Shown here: piece after piece, positions 1 through 8,145 of the stretch
Position numbering within the stretch: the first letter of the stretch is position 1
How the letters are laid out: each line of letters opens with the position of its first letter
DNA from: Patescibacteria group bacterium
Lineage (GTDB): Bacteria; Patescibacteriota; Minisyncoccia; Phycocordibacterales; JAACPR01
Direction of reading: 5' to 3'
DNA: 64,000 bases
NCBI GenBank assembly: GCA_022711495.1
Contig: JAKLEX010000001.1
Coordinates: 151,058-215,057, forward strand
The notes under the pieces: model-generated
Database searches by the model: none
Seen by the model: only the letters and a program-made list of their open reading frames with translations
What the model was told of the DNA's origin: nothing
Made by a program: the position numbers and the translations under genes

Positions 1-733
1 GCTCGTCGTTGTTTCCAAACGGCTGGGAGCCGATGATTTCTGGAAAGACGACGGACATCTGCCCGCCAAAATTCCAGACCCATGCGTACTTAACTCGAAG
101 AATTCCGGCCGATGAATTCCCGAACGCGCCATCATCATAGCCGACGGCGACATCGGAATTGATCGACAGACTTAAATCCGGCTTGTCGTTACAAGACACC
201 AACAGCCCGGCAAAGCTTAACGATCCATCGCCGGAACTGCTTCCGTCCAACATCTGAACGAATTTCTGTTCGACGTAGGGCGCCAATCCGAGAGAGATGT
301 AATGAAACCGGCCAACCGAAATCTTCGGACCGGCTACCCGCACCCGAAAGCTGAAGCCGTCTTCGCTTCCAAGGCTCATCACTTCATGGTGCAGATCCCA
401 GTACTGGAGTTCCGTGGTGAGATTCGCCCAGCTGATACACCCGTCCCAGGTCAGCGTGTAGTCAGCTTCGTCATCGAAGTCGCCGTCCAGGGCGGAATTG
501 AATCCGGCCGAATACCAGAAATCAAACGAAAACCCACCCGGTAGATAAACGCAGATGTCCGATTGAATCACCGGCTTATTATAAAACCGCTGGGCCATGT
601 CGTTGGAGATGTACTTGTCGTACACCTTCATTGTGGCAGTCGGATTGGGCGGTTCCTCGGCCGAGATCGGCAGGGGAAGAGCGAACAGGCAGACGGCGGT
701 CAGGGCGCACAGAACAAACCCGATCTTTTTCAT
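1..733 (-). CDS. Secreted hypothetical protein, partial (N-terminal 244 aa in window); N-terminal signal peptide MKKIGFVLCALTAVCLFALPLPISAEEPP, aromatic-rich mature part
   Basis: Hand translation of the reverse strand from the ATG at 733-731 runs without a stop to the window edge. It is not in the ORF track because it is truncated. There is a hydrophobic signal-like N-terminus. The region is about 52% GC, unlike the bulk of the window. Confidence 0.5.
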   Translation of the reverse strand, partial: MKKIGFVLCALTAVCLFALPLPISAEEPPNPTATMKVYDKYISNDMAQRFYNKPVIQSDICVYLPGGFSFDFWYSAGFNSALDGDFDDEADYTLTWDGCISWANLTTELQYWDLHHEVMSLGSEDGFSFRVRVAGPKISVGRFHYISLGLAPYVEQKFVQMLDGSSSGDGSLSFAGLLVSCNDKPDLSLSINSDVAVGYDDGAFGNSSAGILRVKYAWVWNFGGQMSVVFPEIIGSQPFGNNDE

Positions 734-928
734 GTCAATTTCCTTTATTTTTGGAAGCGGAATTGCTCCAAATCTAAGAAACACTTTATAAGTTTTTCTG
801 GAAAAGTCAAGGATGAAAATGGACTTATGTTTTTATTTAAAACCGCGAGATGACATGATAAGTGATGCAAAATAAAAAGACCCATCGCAATTTCCAACTG
901 CGATGGGTCCTGCTGGTTCACGAAAGCA

Positions 929-1204
929 TCACTTTCGCCCCAGGACATTTTCTATGATACGAATCTCTTCCCTGTAATCCGGGGCATACATGAAGTCCGA
1001 GCCCGTTTCCGCGTTGCTCAGACCCTGTCCGGCTTTCAGGTCGCTCAGCAATCGTTTAAGGATTCTGTCGGGCGCCCTTTTGGGGTTGCCCAAGACTCTG
1101 ACCATTTGCCGCGCCTCGCGTGCCTTTCTGTGAATTCGGTCAAATTCACCGAATGTCACGTGGATATTCATGTCCGGAACTTGAGTTGACGGACTTCTTT
1201 TCAT
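929..1204 (-). CDS. Hypothetical protein (91 aa)
   Basis: ORF track. It is one of five non-overlapping minus-strand ORFs that tile 1-2366 with short gaps. No recognisable motif. Confidence 0.4.
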   Translation of the reverse strand: MKRSPSTQVPDMNIHVTFGEFDRIHRKAREARQMVRVLGNPKRAPDRILKRLLSDLKAGQGLSNAETGSDFMYAPDYREEIRIIENVLGRK

Positions 1205-1248
1205 TCATCTGCTCCTTTCAGCTGGGTTGCCCAAATCATTTAGCCGAC

Positions 1249-1533
1249 TTACATGTTCCAGGGCGTAACCTTGGCGCCGCGACTCTCGCGCATGTAGACC
1301 CGAAAAGATAAACCAAGCGCCTTCTGGCTTATCTTTAATTTTTGGACCCCATCAAAGTCTATTTCGATGAGGTTCATCCTAATTCTGAATTTCCGACCCT
1401 TTTCGGTCACTTCAACCGGAACATCTTCAAGCATCTTCGTCTCGTCAACGCAAGTCGTAAGATTTTTCGTGACGAACTCAAAAGTTCCGGTATTCAGACA
1501 ACGAACGTACCAGATGCGACCGTTGTGGCTCAT
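1249..1533 (-). CDS. Hypothetical protein (94 aa)
   Basis: ORF track. Part of the co-directional tiling of the GC-rich block. Confidence 0.4.
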   Translation of the reverse strand: MSHNGRIWYVRCLNTGTFEFVTKNLTTCVDETKMLEDVPVEVTEKGRKFRIRMNLIEIDFDGVQKLKISQKALGLSFRVYMRESRGAKVTPWNM

Positions 1534-1569
1534 GAATTTATTCTCCTGTTATTTTTCCGAAAGTTTGGG

Positions 1570-1914
1570 TTACTGGTAACTTCCGTGATAACGGACGTCA
1601 GCACCGACGCCGCATTCAGTCCGTGTGCCGGAACCTCCAGCCGAGCGAGAGTCGGTACTGCTCTCGGTCAGGAAGTGGCAAATGTCGTTTTCGTTCAGCA
1701 CGGCATCGTATCTTGAGCGCTCTTCTAGTTTTCGAAGAAGAACGCCAAAATCGACATGAACTCCTTCTATGCGGAGTCTTTTGATCAGGAAAAGCTGGCA
1801 TTTCTCATCCAACTTTTTATAAAAGATCTCAAAGAGCCGAAGGCAAAGACTATCGGGAATTCTGACGGCCAGAACTTCCGTACCAGCGGTCAAAAAAGCC
1901 TTGATCATTTTCAC
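1570..1914 (-). CDS. Hypothetical protein (114 aa, GTG start)
   Basis: ORF track. The start is a GTG 8 nt downstream of an AAGGAGGT Shine-Dalgarno sequence (reverse complement of 1921-1928). Confidence 0.4.
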   Translation of the reverse strand: MKMIKAFLTAGTEVLAVRIPDSLCLRLFEIFYKKLDEKCQLFLIKRLRIEGVHVDFGVLLRKLEERSRYDAVLNENDICHFLTESSTDSRSAGGSGTRTECGVGADVRYHGSYQ

Positions 1915-2010
1915 GATTACTACCTCCTTTGGGTTAAGTTTTAAACCGCGAATCCAAGAGGGATTCTATCACGAGTAGTGGGTATGTCAAGGGTAGAAAT
2001 AGACAAAAAG

Positions 2011-2042
2011 AAAACCCCGTTCGCAACACGCGACGGGGTTTT
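2011..2042 (-). terminator. Rho-independent terminator downstream of the 2070-2366 gene
   Basis: aaaaccccgttcgcaacacgcgacggggtttt forms a 10 bp stem (aaaaccccgt/acggggtttt). On the minus strand it is followed by a T-rich run (reverse complement of agacaaaaagaaaa). Confidence 0.5.
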
Positions 2043-2069
2043 ATAGGACGAATCTGTAAAATTCGCTTT

Positions 2070-2366
2070 CTATACCGACGGCCGACAGCCCGACGACATC
2101 TTGGCTTCAAACTCGGCCATGCGATCCGTAGTCTGTTCAACGTGAGTGTCGCTGTTGATCAGGGAACTGTTGTCAATCATCTCAATCAGAACCTTGACCT
2201 CGGCGTCGTCAAACTCAACGTCCCTCATGGAGTAGACGTATTGTTTGGCTTGCCACTTGGTGTAGAACTTTCTTGATTTCTCTCCGGTGGCCGAGACGAC
2301 ATGGCCCGTTATCCGGTCGGGATTTACGACAAAGAACGGCGAACGCGTTATAATCAAGTCGGGCAT
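2070..2366 (-). CDS. Hypothetical protein (98 aa)
   Basis: ORF track. There is an AGGAGGT Shine-Dalgarno sequence 5 nt upstream of the ATG (reverse complement of 2372-2378). Confidence 0.45.
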   Translation of the reverse strand: MPDLIITRSPFFVVNPDRITGHVVSATGEKSRKFYTKWQAKQYVYSMRDVEFDDAEVKVLIEMIDNSSLINSDTHVEQTTDRMAEFEAKMSSGCRPSV

Positions 2367-2416
2367 TTTGACCTCCTGTGGTTTTATCGCATCCTCTGAA
2401 GTTTCTTCTGCCCGAT

Positions 2417-2445
2417 ACTATATATGATTAACATAGGATAGTCAA
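2417..2445 (-). promoter_or_regulatory. Candidate sigma70-type promoter (TTGACT-N17-TATAGT) for the 2070-2366 gene
   Basis: Reverse complement of 2440-2445 is TTGACT, there is a 17 nt spacer, and the reverse complement of 2417-2422 is TATAGT. It lies about 45 nt upstream of the start codon. Confidence 0.3.
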
Positions 2446-2553
2446 GCCAGAGTTTTATAACGCGCGTTGAGCTGATTTTTACTCCGTGATAGCATTATAA
2501 TTGTCATAGAGCAGACGGAATAGTATCTACGAATTAATATTTAATAAAAAATC

Positions 2554-2811
2554 ATGGCAAAAGTTTCAAATAACAAAATAGGGGAAATAACTCATTGGTA
2601 CGACCAAATCGGAGTTGCGGTTATAAAACTTTTAAAACCGCTTTCCGTTGGCGACAAAATTAAGGTCAAACATGGCGAGGTGGAGTTTGAGGAAGTTGTC
2701 GGTTCAATGCAACTTGATCACGAAGACATAAAGTCAGCTAAAAAAGGACAAGAAATTGCCATCAAACTCTCCCAGAAAGCCAAAGCTGGTTGTATTGTTG
2801 AGGCGGCGTAA
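2554..2811 (+). CDS. Small hypothetical protein (85 aa), possibly a beta-barrel elongation-factor-domain-2-like fold
   Basis: ORF track. Its AT-rich composition resembles the bulk genome and contrasts with the flanking GC-rich genes. The fold assignment is only a weak impression. Confidence 0.4.
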   Translation: MAKVSNNKIGEITHWYDQIGVAVIKLLKPLSVGDKIKVKHGEVEFEEVVGSMQLDHEDIKSAKKGQEIAIKLSQKAKAGCIVEAA

Positions 2812-2844
2812 AATCTGACGGCAGAATTTTCCGTGCACCAAATA

Positions 2845-2900
2845 AAAACCGCTTCGCGGTTGGGGTTTCTCTCCCAGCCGGAAGCGGTTTGTGTTTTGTT
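2845..2900. terminator. Bidirectional hairpin terminator between convergent genes
   Basis: The outer stem aaaaccgcttc (2845-2855) pairs with gaagcggtttg (2881-2891). There is a T-rich run on the plus side (tgtgttttgttt). On the minus side, tttttatttgg follows the stem. It sits directly after the stop of the 2900 gene. Confidence 0.5.
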
Positions 2901-3049
2901 TATGCGCCAACTTTTTGTCGCCTCTTTTGTTTGAATATCCGCAGACATTCACATCCGCAATAGCGGTGAAAAACAGTCTCTCTTGCCAGTCGGACCGTGA
3001 GATATTGGCCGCTAACAGGCTGATGACAACAACGACATCGAGGTTTCAT
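2900..3049 (-). CDS. Small Cys-rich zinc-ribbon-like protein (49 aa; MKPRCRCCHQP...HRYCGCEC)
   Basis: The ORF track gives 2900..3187. The internal ATG at 3049-3047 has an AGGAGG Shine-Dalgarno sequence 6 nt upstream, whereas the upstream ATG at 3187 has none. There is a CxCC ... CxCxC spacing. Confidence 0.4.
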   Translation of the reverse strand: MKPRCRCCHQPVSGQYLTVRLARETVFHRYCGCECLRIFKQKRRQKVGA

Positions 3050-3359
3050 GAAATCCTCCTTTAAATAACCTCCTGTCCGATTTCTAATTATATCAGGGAT
3101 TGGAGGTGGTAGATAAGAATTTTTGGTGGACATCGTACGAAATACTTGGAACCAGATAGAATGTTGGGTATTTAAGACGCATGACAAGCTATTTAATCTA
3201 GAAAAGAGAGAAATCGCTCTCTAACAACCTTGAAAATAGATATCACATATTGTTATTTAAACAACAAGAAAACACCCCCTCATAAAACGGAGAGCTTTCT
3301 TTTTGGCTTGGAGATTGTGAGAAAGAGTTAGGGCAGATTTTATAATCCAATTTCAGCTA

Positions 3360-3388
3360 TTGACAATTTTGCATAAATAAGTTAATAT
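3360..3388 (+). promoter_or_regulatory. Sigma70-like promoter TTGACA-N17-TAATAT
   Basis: ttgaca (3360-3365), a 17 nt spacer, then taatat (3383-3388). Confidence 0.5.
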
Positions 3389-3480
3389 CTATGGCAGACT
3401 TTTACTATGCTCTGGTGAGTGCCAGAAAACAGGTAACGCAAATACGAAGAGAGAAAGTTCCTTACAAGGAGGAAGAGAAA

Positions 3481-4866
3481 ATGCAGAATTCACAGACGGT
3501 TGAGTCCAATGGTTTCACCATCGTTCTGAACGGCGGATCGTCGCGGATGGAAAGCGCGACGATTCCGATCCAGTGGTTCTTTGATCCGAAATTGTCGGAG
3601 GAACGTCCGACACACATTCTGATCATTGACTACACGAAACGCCAGTTTGAAGACTATCATCGGCACGCTCATGGCGGTCGTCGGTACGTCGTCGAAGTCA
3701 AGAAGACGACCAAGTTCCTAGAGTTCTTCAGCGCCGGCGAACACAAATTGTGTTTCGTCGCGGTGTCGAGTCAAGGTGGCAACCGAAAGAGGGAATTCAA
3801 GTTCCTCACGCGGTTCTTGGCCAGGGATGACGGGTCTTACGCAATTGGTGTTGGATCCTTCGCCGACCAGGAGCCCGGCGGCGTAGCCGGAATTTATGGC
3901 TACGGCTTTACCCAGGTCGCTTCGGCGATTGTGGACATCGTTGTGCCAAAGGAGCTGTTCGCGGAAATTCCGCCAACCGGCTTTAAGCGGGCAATGTGGA
4001 ACTTCGTGAACGGCAGCCTGAAGGGCCTTCCCGATGATCAGTGCCACACGCGGCGGCGGTTTCTGTGGGTTCTCCCGCTTAAACTGCTGACCGTTGTCCC
4101 GGCTCGGATTGCCGCTGGCGTGTCCTTAAGCATCCTGGGTCTGGTCCTAAGTTCCGTGGTCTTCTTTGCTGGCTGGAAACCGGCGGGGCCGTGGAAAGTT
4201 ATAAAACTGGTCTGGAACTTCAATTGGCCCATATGCGGTGGCGGCCAGGAGTTCTTTGATGGTTGCATGCCGGATCACGGATATACATTCCGCGTTTGGA
4301 AAGTGGACGACAGTGTATATCCGCACCGTGTAGTCAGTAAAATGCCGATTGCCCCATGGCAAGCTGTGCTCGTGGCCGCAATCGGTTATGCGGGCTACAA
4401 ATGGGGCGGCCTGATTGTCGCCTTTTTTGCCCAGCTTTTGTGGGTGAGGCTTCCTGGTTTGTTGGTGGGCGTGGCGATAGGCCTGCTCATTGTAAACAGG
4501 AAACGGATCCGAGACTTTTGGGTCCGACATCAGCTGACCGAAAAACTGCGGTTACCGGCGCTGAAAGCCTGGATCGGCCCTCGGCTGAAGACTCTTAACG
4601 ATAAGATCAGCCGATGGATTGTTGCGACCGGCAATCGCCGTGAAGAGAGAAGGCAAATCCGCCAAGAGAGGCGAAAGACCACGGCGCAGAATCGTTATGT
4701 TATATGGTTGAAGACCGAGCTGACAACGGCCAAGGCTCCGACCAAAGTTGATCTGCGGAACCTGCCCAAGATGTTTGAGGGCAAGGGGACCGTTAGTCGG
4801 CGAGCCGAAGTCAGCTTCTGGGCCGTGAAGTCAAGGGTTTGCAAACCTTACTCTCGCGACGAGTAG
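3481..4866 (+). CDS. Hypothetical multi-pass membrane protein (461 aa from ATG 3481; ORF track start 3391)
   Basis: A strong AAGGAGG sits 7 nt upstream of the ATG at 3481, downstream of the promoter at 3360-3388. The protein has an N-terminal soluble region, then several hydrophobic helices (for example LLTVVPARIAAGVSLSILGLVLSSVVFFAGW) and a basic C-terminus. Confidence 0.55.
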   Translation: MQNSQTVESNGFTIVLNGGSSRMESATIPIQWFFDPKLSEERPTHILIIDYTKRQFEDYHRHAHGGRRYVVEVKKTTKFLEFFSAGEHKLCFVAVSSQGGNRKREFKFLTRFLARDDGSYAIGVGSFADQEPGGVAGIYGYGFTQVASAIVDIVVPKELFAEIPPTGFKRAMWNFVNGSLKGLPDDQCHTRRRFLWVLPLKLLTVVPARIAAGVSLSILGLVLSSVVFFAGWKPAGPWKVIKLVWNFNWPICGGGQEFFDGCMPDHGYTFRVWKVDDSVYPHRVVSKMPIAPWQAVLVAAIGYAGYKWGGLIVAFFAQLLWVRLPGLLVGVAIGLLIVNRKRIRDFWVRHQLTEKLRLPALKAWIGPRLKTLNDKISRWIVATGNRREERRQIRQERRKTTAQNRYVIWLKTELTTAKAPTKVDLRNLPKMFEGKGTVSRRAEVSFWAVKSRVCKPYSRDE

Positions 4867-4888
4867 TTATCCTCCGAAAATTAGTATG

Positions 4889-4933
4889 ACCGGTACGGAC
4901 ATCATCCAATGTTCGTACCGGTTTTTATTTTTG
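4889..4933 (+). terminator. Rho-independent terminator
   Basis: accggtacggac ... gttcgtaccggt is a 12 bp stem with one mismatch, followed by ttttatttttg. It directly abuts the ssrA 3' end. Confidence 0.6.
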
Positions 4934-4937
4934 TCTG

Positions 4938-5312
4938 TGGAGATGGCGGGAATCGAACCCACGTGCAAACAAAGCCGGCACATACTTCTACAAAGTCTAG
5001 TTTATCTTTTGTATTCGGTCGCTAAGCTAAAAGATAAACAGAACACTTAGCAACCTAAGCCCTTGATTTTGAAATGAATTCGGGCGGAAACATTTCTAGC
5101 TTGATGATTGTCGCCTCAGCTGATTTATCAAGCTTCAATCAGTAAAACGTCGCTTAGGCTAAAGCGTAAGCGAATGCAAAGTCGCCAACCCGATAGGGTG
5201 AAGCGATAGCTTTTGAATTCTCTGCACTTAAATTTTGTCGCCTTTTTAAGAGTTACGACAGCTCTACTTTGCGCATATGTCGTGCGTTTGCCTGTCTAAG
5301 CCGATCATCCCC
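4938..5312 (-). ncRNA. ssrA: tmRNA (SsrA), about 375 nt, CCA not encoded
   Basis: 5' GGGGAUGAUCGG... (reverse complement of 5301-5312). 3' ...GGUUCGAUUCCCGCCAUCUCCA (reverse complement of 4938-4963). It forms a 7 bp acceptor stem with the G3:U wobble. The internal tag frame ...GAC UUU GCA UUC GCU UAC GCU UUA GCC UAA (..DFAFAYALA stop) is the reverse complement of about 5154-5190. smpB is immediately upstream on the same strand. Confidence 0.8.
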
Positions 5313-5357
5313 GCGCCACTGTCTATGAGCGCCCATTGTTGTTTATGGGCATTGCGT

Positions 5358-5457
5358 CGCGGGAAGCTTCTGAAATTCCCCCGCAGGGGTATTTTTGTCA
5401 CAGGTCTTTAGACCTTTACAAAAATATCCCCGAGGATTGGATTGAAGAAGCTTCCCG
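5358..5457 (+). repeat. Hairpin repeat element, copy 1 (core 5370-5445), flanked by 12 bp perfect inverted repeats gcgggaagcttc / gaagcttcccgc
   Basis: Conserved ends tgaaattcccccgcag ... ccgaggattggattgaag surround the inner hairpin ggggtatttttgtcacaggtctttagacctttacaaaaatatcccc. The other copies are at 27139-27243 (reverse), 33769-33879 and 46994-47100. Confidence 0.7.
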
Positions 5458-5494
5458 CAAAGCAATTCTTATAAACAGCACTGCGCGAATGATC

Positions 5495-5944
5495 TTAACG
5501 CAACTTTTTCAAAGAACGGTGCATCTCCCTATCGGCCTCGCGACGTTTAATCGTTTCTCTTTTATCGCGGAATTTCTTTCCGCGCGCCACGACGAACGAA
5601 AGCTTGATATTTCGGCCTTTATTATACATTGCAATTGGGATAAGTGTCAATCCCTTCTCGTTATCATATTCTGTCAATTTTAAAATCTCGCGCCTTTTCA
5701 GTAACAGCTTCCTTGGCCTTTTTGGTTCGTAATTTTCACCGACATTTTTTGGCTGATAAGCCGGGACTTCGGCGCCGATTAAAAATGCCTCGTTGCCGCG
5801 AATGGCCACATAAGATCCGAGCAGATTACCGCGCCGATTTTTGATTGATTTGACCTCGTTGCCCAAAAGTTCAATTCCGGCCTCAAACTGTTCCATCAGT
5901 TCGTAACTGAACTTAGCTTTTCTATTTTCTAATAAATTCGCCAT
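5495..5944 (-). CDS. smpB: SsrA-binding protein SmpB
   Basis: It shows SmpB family conservation (KFSYEL, EAGIELLGNEVKSIKN, basic C-tail) and is adjacent to ssrA. Confidence 0.9.
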   Translation of the reverse strand: MANLLENRKAKFSYELMEQFEAGIELLGNEVKSIKNRRGNLLGSYVAIRGNEAFLIGAEVPAYQPKNVGENYEPKRPRKLLLKRREILKLTEYDNEKGLTLIPIAMYNKGRNIKLSFVVARGKKFRDKRETIKRREADREMHRSLKKLR

Positions 5945-6012
5945 TTTTGATTATTACTCATACTATCAGCCACGCTTTCTATAATCAATTTTTTATTGTA
6001 AGATGAGGGCCT

Positions 6013-7983
6013 ATGAACGAGGATAATAAGACTCCGGGGAACAACTTGCCCAACAAAAAACCCATTATAAAAATCAGTCCAAAAGGAGGCCACAAGGGGA
6101 ACTTTAATCGCGCGCCCAGAGGTTTTTTTGGAAATTTGATTACGACGATTTTGGTTATTTTCGCCGTCATCTTAATTTTCTCAATGCTTTCCGATAGCGG
6201 ACCAGGTAAAGAAGAAATCGCTCTTTCAAAGTTGGCTTCAGACATAAAATCCGACATCGTTGAAACGATCACGGTTCGCGGCGATGAAGTTGAGGCCAAA
6301 TACAAAGACAGCGAAATTTTACGTACGACTAAAATTGAAGCCAACTCTTCTTTTTCCGAGACCCTGGTTAATTATGGCTTGACAGCCGATGAGATTTCTC
6401 AAATCACCATTGATATCCAAAACGAAACCGGCTTTTTATATTGGGTTTATGTTTTAGCGCCGTTTTTATTGCCACTTTTCTTTATCCTTTTCTTGATCTG
6501 GTATTTGTCACGACAAGTTAAGGGTGCTGGCATGCAAGCTTTTACTTTCGGTCAATCAAACGCGCGTTTAATAAATCCAAAAGACAAAAGCAAGGTAACT
6601 TTTCGCGACGTGGCCGGAGCTAAAGAAGCTAAAGAAGAACTAATGGAGATAGTTGACTTCTTGAAAAACCCCAAGAAGTTTTTGGATATTGGTGCGCAAA
6701 TTCCAAAGGGAATTATTTTAATGGGCGCTCCCGGAACGGGAAAAACTTTGCTGGCGCGGGCGACGGCCGGAGAGGCGGGCGTTTCTTTCTTTTCGGTTTC
6801 CGGTTCTGAATTCGTTGAAATGTTTGTTGGCGTTGGCGCCAGCCGTGTCCGCGATCTTTTCAAATTAGCCAAAGCCACCTCGCCGGCCATTGTTTTCATA
6901 GATGAAATTGACGCGGTTGGTCGCGCGCGCGGAGTTGGCGTTGGTGGCGGAAACGATGAGAGAGAACAGACTTTGAATCAAATTTTGGTTGAAATGGACG
7001 GCTTTGAACCAGCCGACAAAGTTATCGTCATGGCGGCGACTAATCGACCCGATGTTCTGGATCCGGCTATTTTACGGCCGGGCCGCTTTGACCGCCGAGT
7101 CACTATTGATTTACCAGACCGCAAAGACCGTGAGGATATTCTGAAGGTTCATGCTAAAAATAAACCTTTAGCCGAAGATGTAAATTTTGTAGTTTTGTCG
7201 GAAAGAACACCCGGCTTTTCCGGAGCCGATTTATATTCAATGGTCAATGAAGCGGCAATTTTAGCGGCGCGCGAAAATCGTAAAAAAGTTGGTCAGTTTG
7301 ATCTTATCCGCTCAATTGAAAAAGTTTTGCTTGGCCCGGAACGTCGCAGTCACTTGTTAACGGAAAAAGAGAAGAAGATCACCGCTTATCACGAAGCTGG
7401 CCATGCCCTCGTTGCTTCATTGTTGCCGAACGCTGATCCGGTTCACAAAATTTCTATTATTGCTCGCGGTCGCGCCGGCGGTTACACCATTAAATTGCCA
7501 TCAGAAGACCGCAAACTGCAATCCCGCAAAGAATTTTTGGATGATTTAGCTATGTCTCTTGGCGGTTATGTCACGGAGAAGATGATTTTTGGCGACATCA
7601 CCACCGGACCTTCAAGTGATTTGCAGGTGGCGACTTCTTTGGCGCGTGATATGGTTACGAAATTTGGCATGTCAGACAAGTTTGGACCAATGGCTTTGGA
7701 AGGTAACGGCGGACGAATTATTTTGGGCAGAGGATTTGACGATAAAGAATACGCTGAAAAATTTGGTGATCAAATTGATGCCGAAGTTTCTAAATTGTTA
7801 AACGACGCTCAAAAACGCGCAGAGAAAATTCTGACAGAAAATAAAAAAGTTTTAGATGCTCTGGCTGGCAAATTACTGGAAGTTGAAACTCTGGAAAGGG
7901 AAGAGTACGAAAAATTATTGGCAACTTTTGGCATAAAAGTTCGCGATTCAAGAAAAGATAAAGAAAGTTTGAACTTGGGGTAA
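6013..7983 (+). CDS. ftsH: ATP-dependent zinc metalloprotease FtsH
   Basis: N-terminal TM segment, Walker [12 protein letters not shown] domain, HEAGHA zinc-binding motif. Confidence 0.95.
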   Translation: MNEDNKTPGNNLPNKKPIIKISPKGGHKGNFNRAPRGFFGNLITTILVIFAVILIFSMLSDSGPGKEEIALSKLASDIKSDIVETITVRGDEVEAKYKDSEILRTTKIEANSSFSETLVNYGLTADEISQITIDIQNETGFLYWVYVLAPFLLPLFFILFLIWYLSRQVKGAGMQAFTFGQSNARLINPKDKSKVTFRDVAGAKEAKEELMEIVDFLKNPKKFLDIGAQIPKGIILMGAPGTGKTLLARATAGEAGVSFFSVSGSEFVEMFVGVGASRVRDLFKLAKATSPAIVFIDEIDAVGRARGVGVGGGNDEREQTLNQILVEMDGFEPADKVIVMAATNRPDVLDPAILRPGRFDRRVTIDLPDRKDREDILKVHAKNKPLAEDVNFVVLSERTPGFSGADLYSMVNEAAILAARENRKKVGQFDLIRSIEKVLLGPERRSHLLTEKEKKITAYHEAGHALVASLLPNADPVHKISIIARGRAGGYTIKLPSEDRKLQSRKEFLDDLAMSLGGYVTEKMIFGDITTGPSSDLQVATSLARDMVTKFGMSDKFGPMALEGNGGRIILGRGFDDKEYAEKFGDQIDAEVSKLLNDAQKRAEKILTENKKVLDALAGKLLEVETLEREEYEKLLATFGIKVRDSRKDKESLNLG

Positions 7984-7995
7984 AACTTATTTCTG

Positions 7996-8068
7996 TGCAC
8001 CAACTAGGACTCGAACCTAGGACCACAGAGGTATAAGCTCTGCGCTCTACCAACTGAGCTATTGGTGC
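7996..8068 (-). tRNA. tRNA-Ile (anticodon UAU)
   Basis: Hand-folded cloverleaf with a 7 bp acceptor stem, D-arm AGCUCAGUUGGUAGAGC, anticodon stem CAGAG/CUCUG with loop CUUAUAC, T-arm GGUUCGAGUCC. The UAU anticodon is unusual. Confidence 0.7.
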
Positions 8069-8145
8069 GGCGGCTTCGTGCTCGTCTCGAAATTCTAGTA
8101 TTTTAATACTGCGCTGTAAAGCTGACGGATCGGCTAGAGCCGATA

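Noticed and set aside
302-853. Plus-strand ORFs 302-544, 563-853 and 597-791.
   Set aside because: They lie antisense inside a longer open minus-strand frame with a clear signal peptide and ATG at 733, and are likely spurious.
4867-4890. atcctccg motif next to the terminator at 4889-4933, resembling the conserved left end of the hairpin element (possible fifth, degenerate copy).
   Set aside because: Only 8 nt match and the right-end motif CCGAGGAYTGGAT is absent. It is most likely chance similarity.
5336-5683. 115 aa plus-strand ORF covering the repeat element and part of smpB.
   Set aside because: It overlaps a confidently identified smpB on the opposite strand and the ssrA upstream region. 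It has no Shine-Dalgarno sequence.
5985-6899. Antisense ORFs inside ftsH (5985-6344 and 6552-6899 on the minus strand).
   Set aside because: They are embedded in a highly conserved gene on the other strand.
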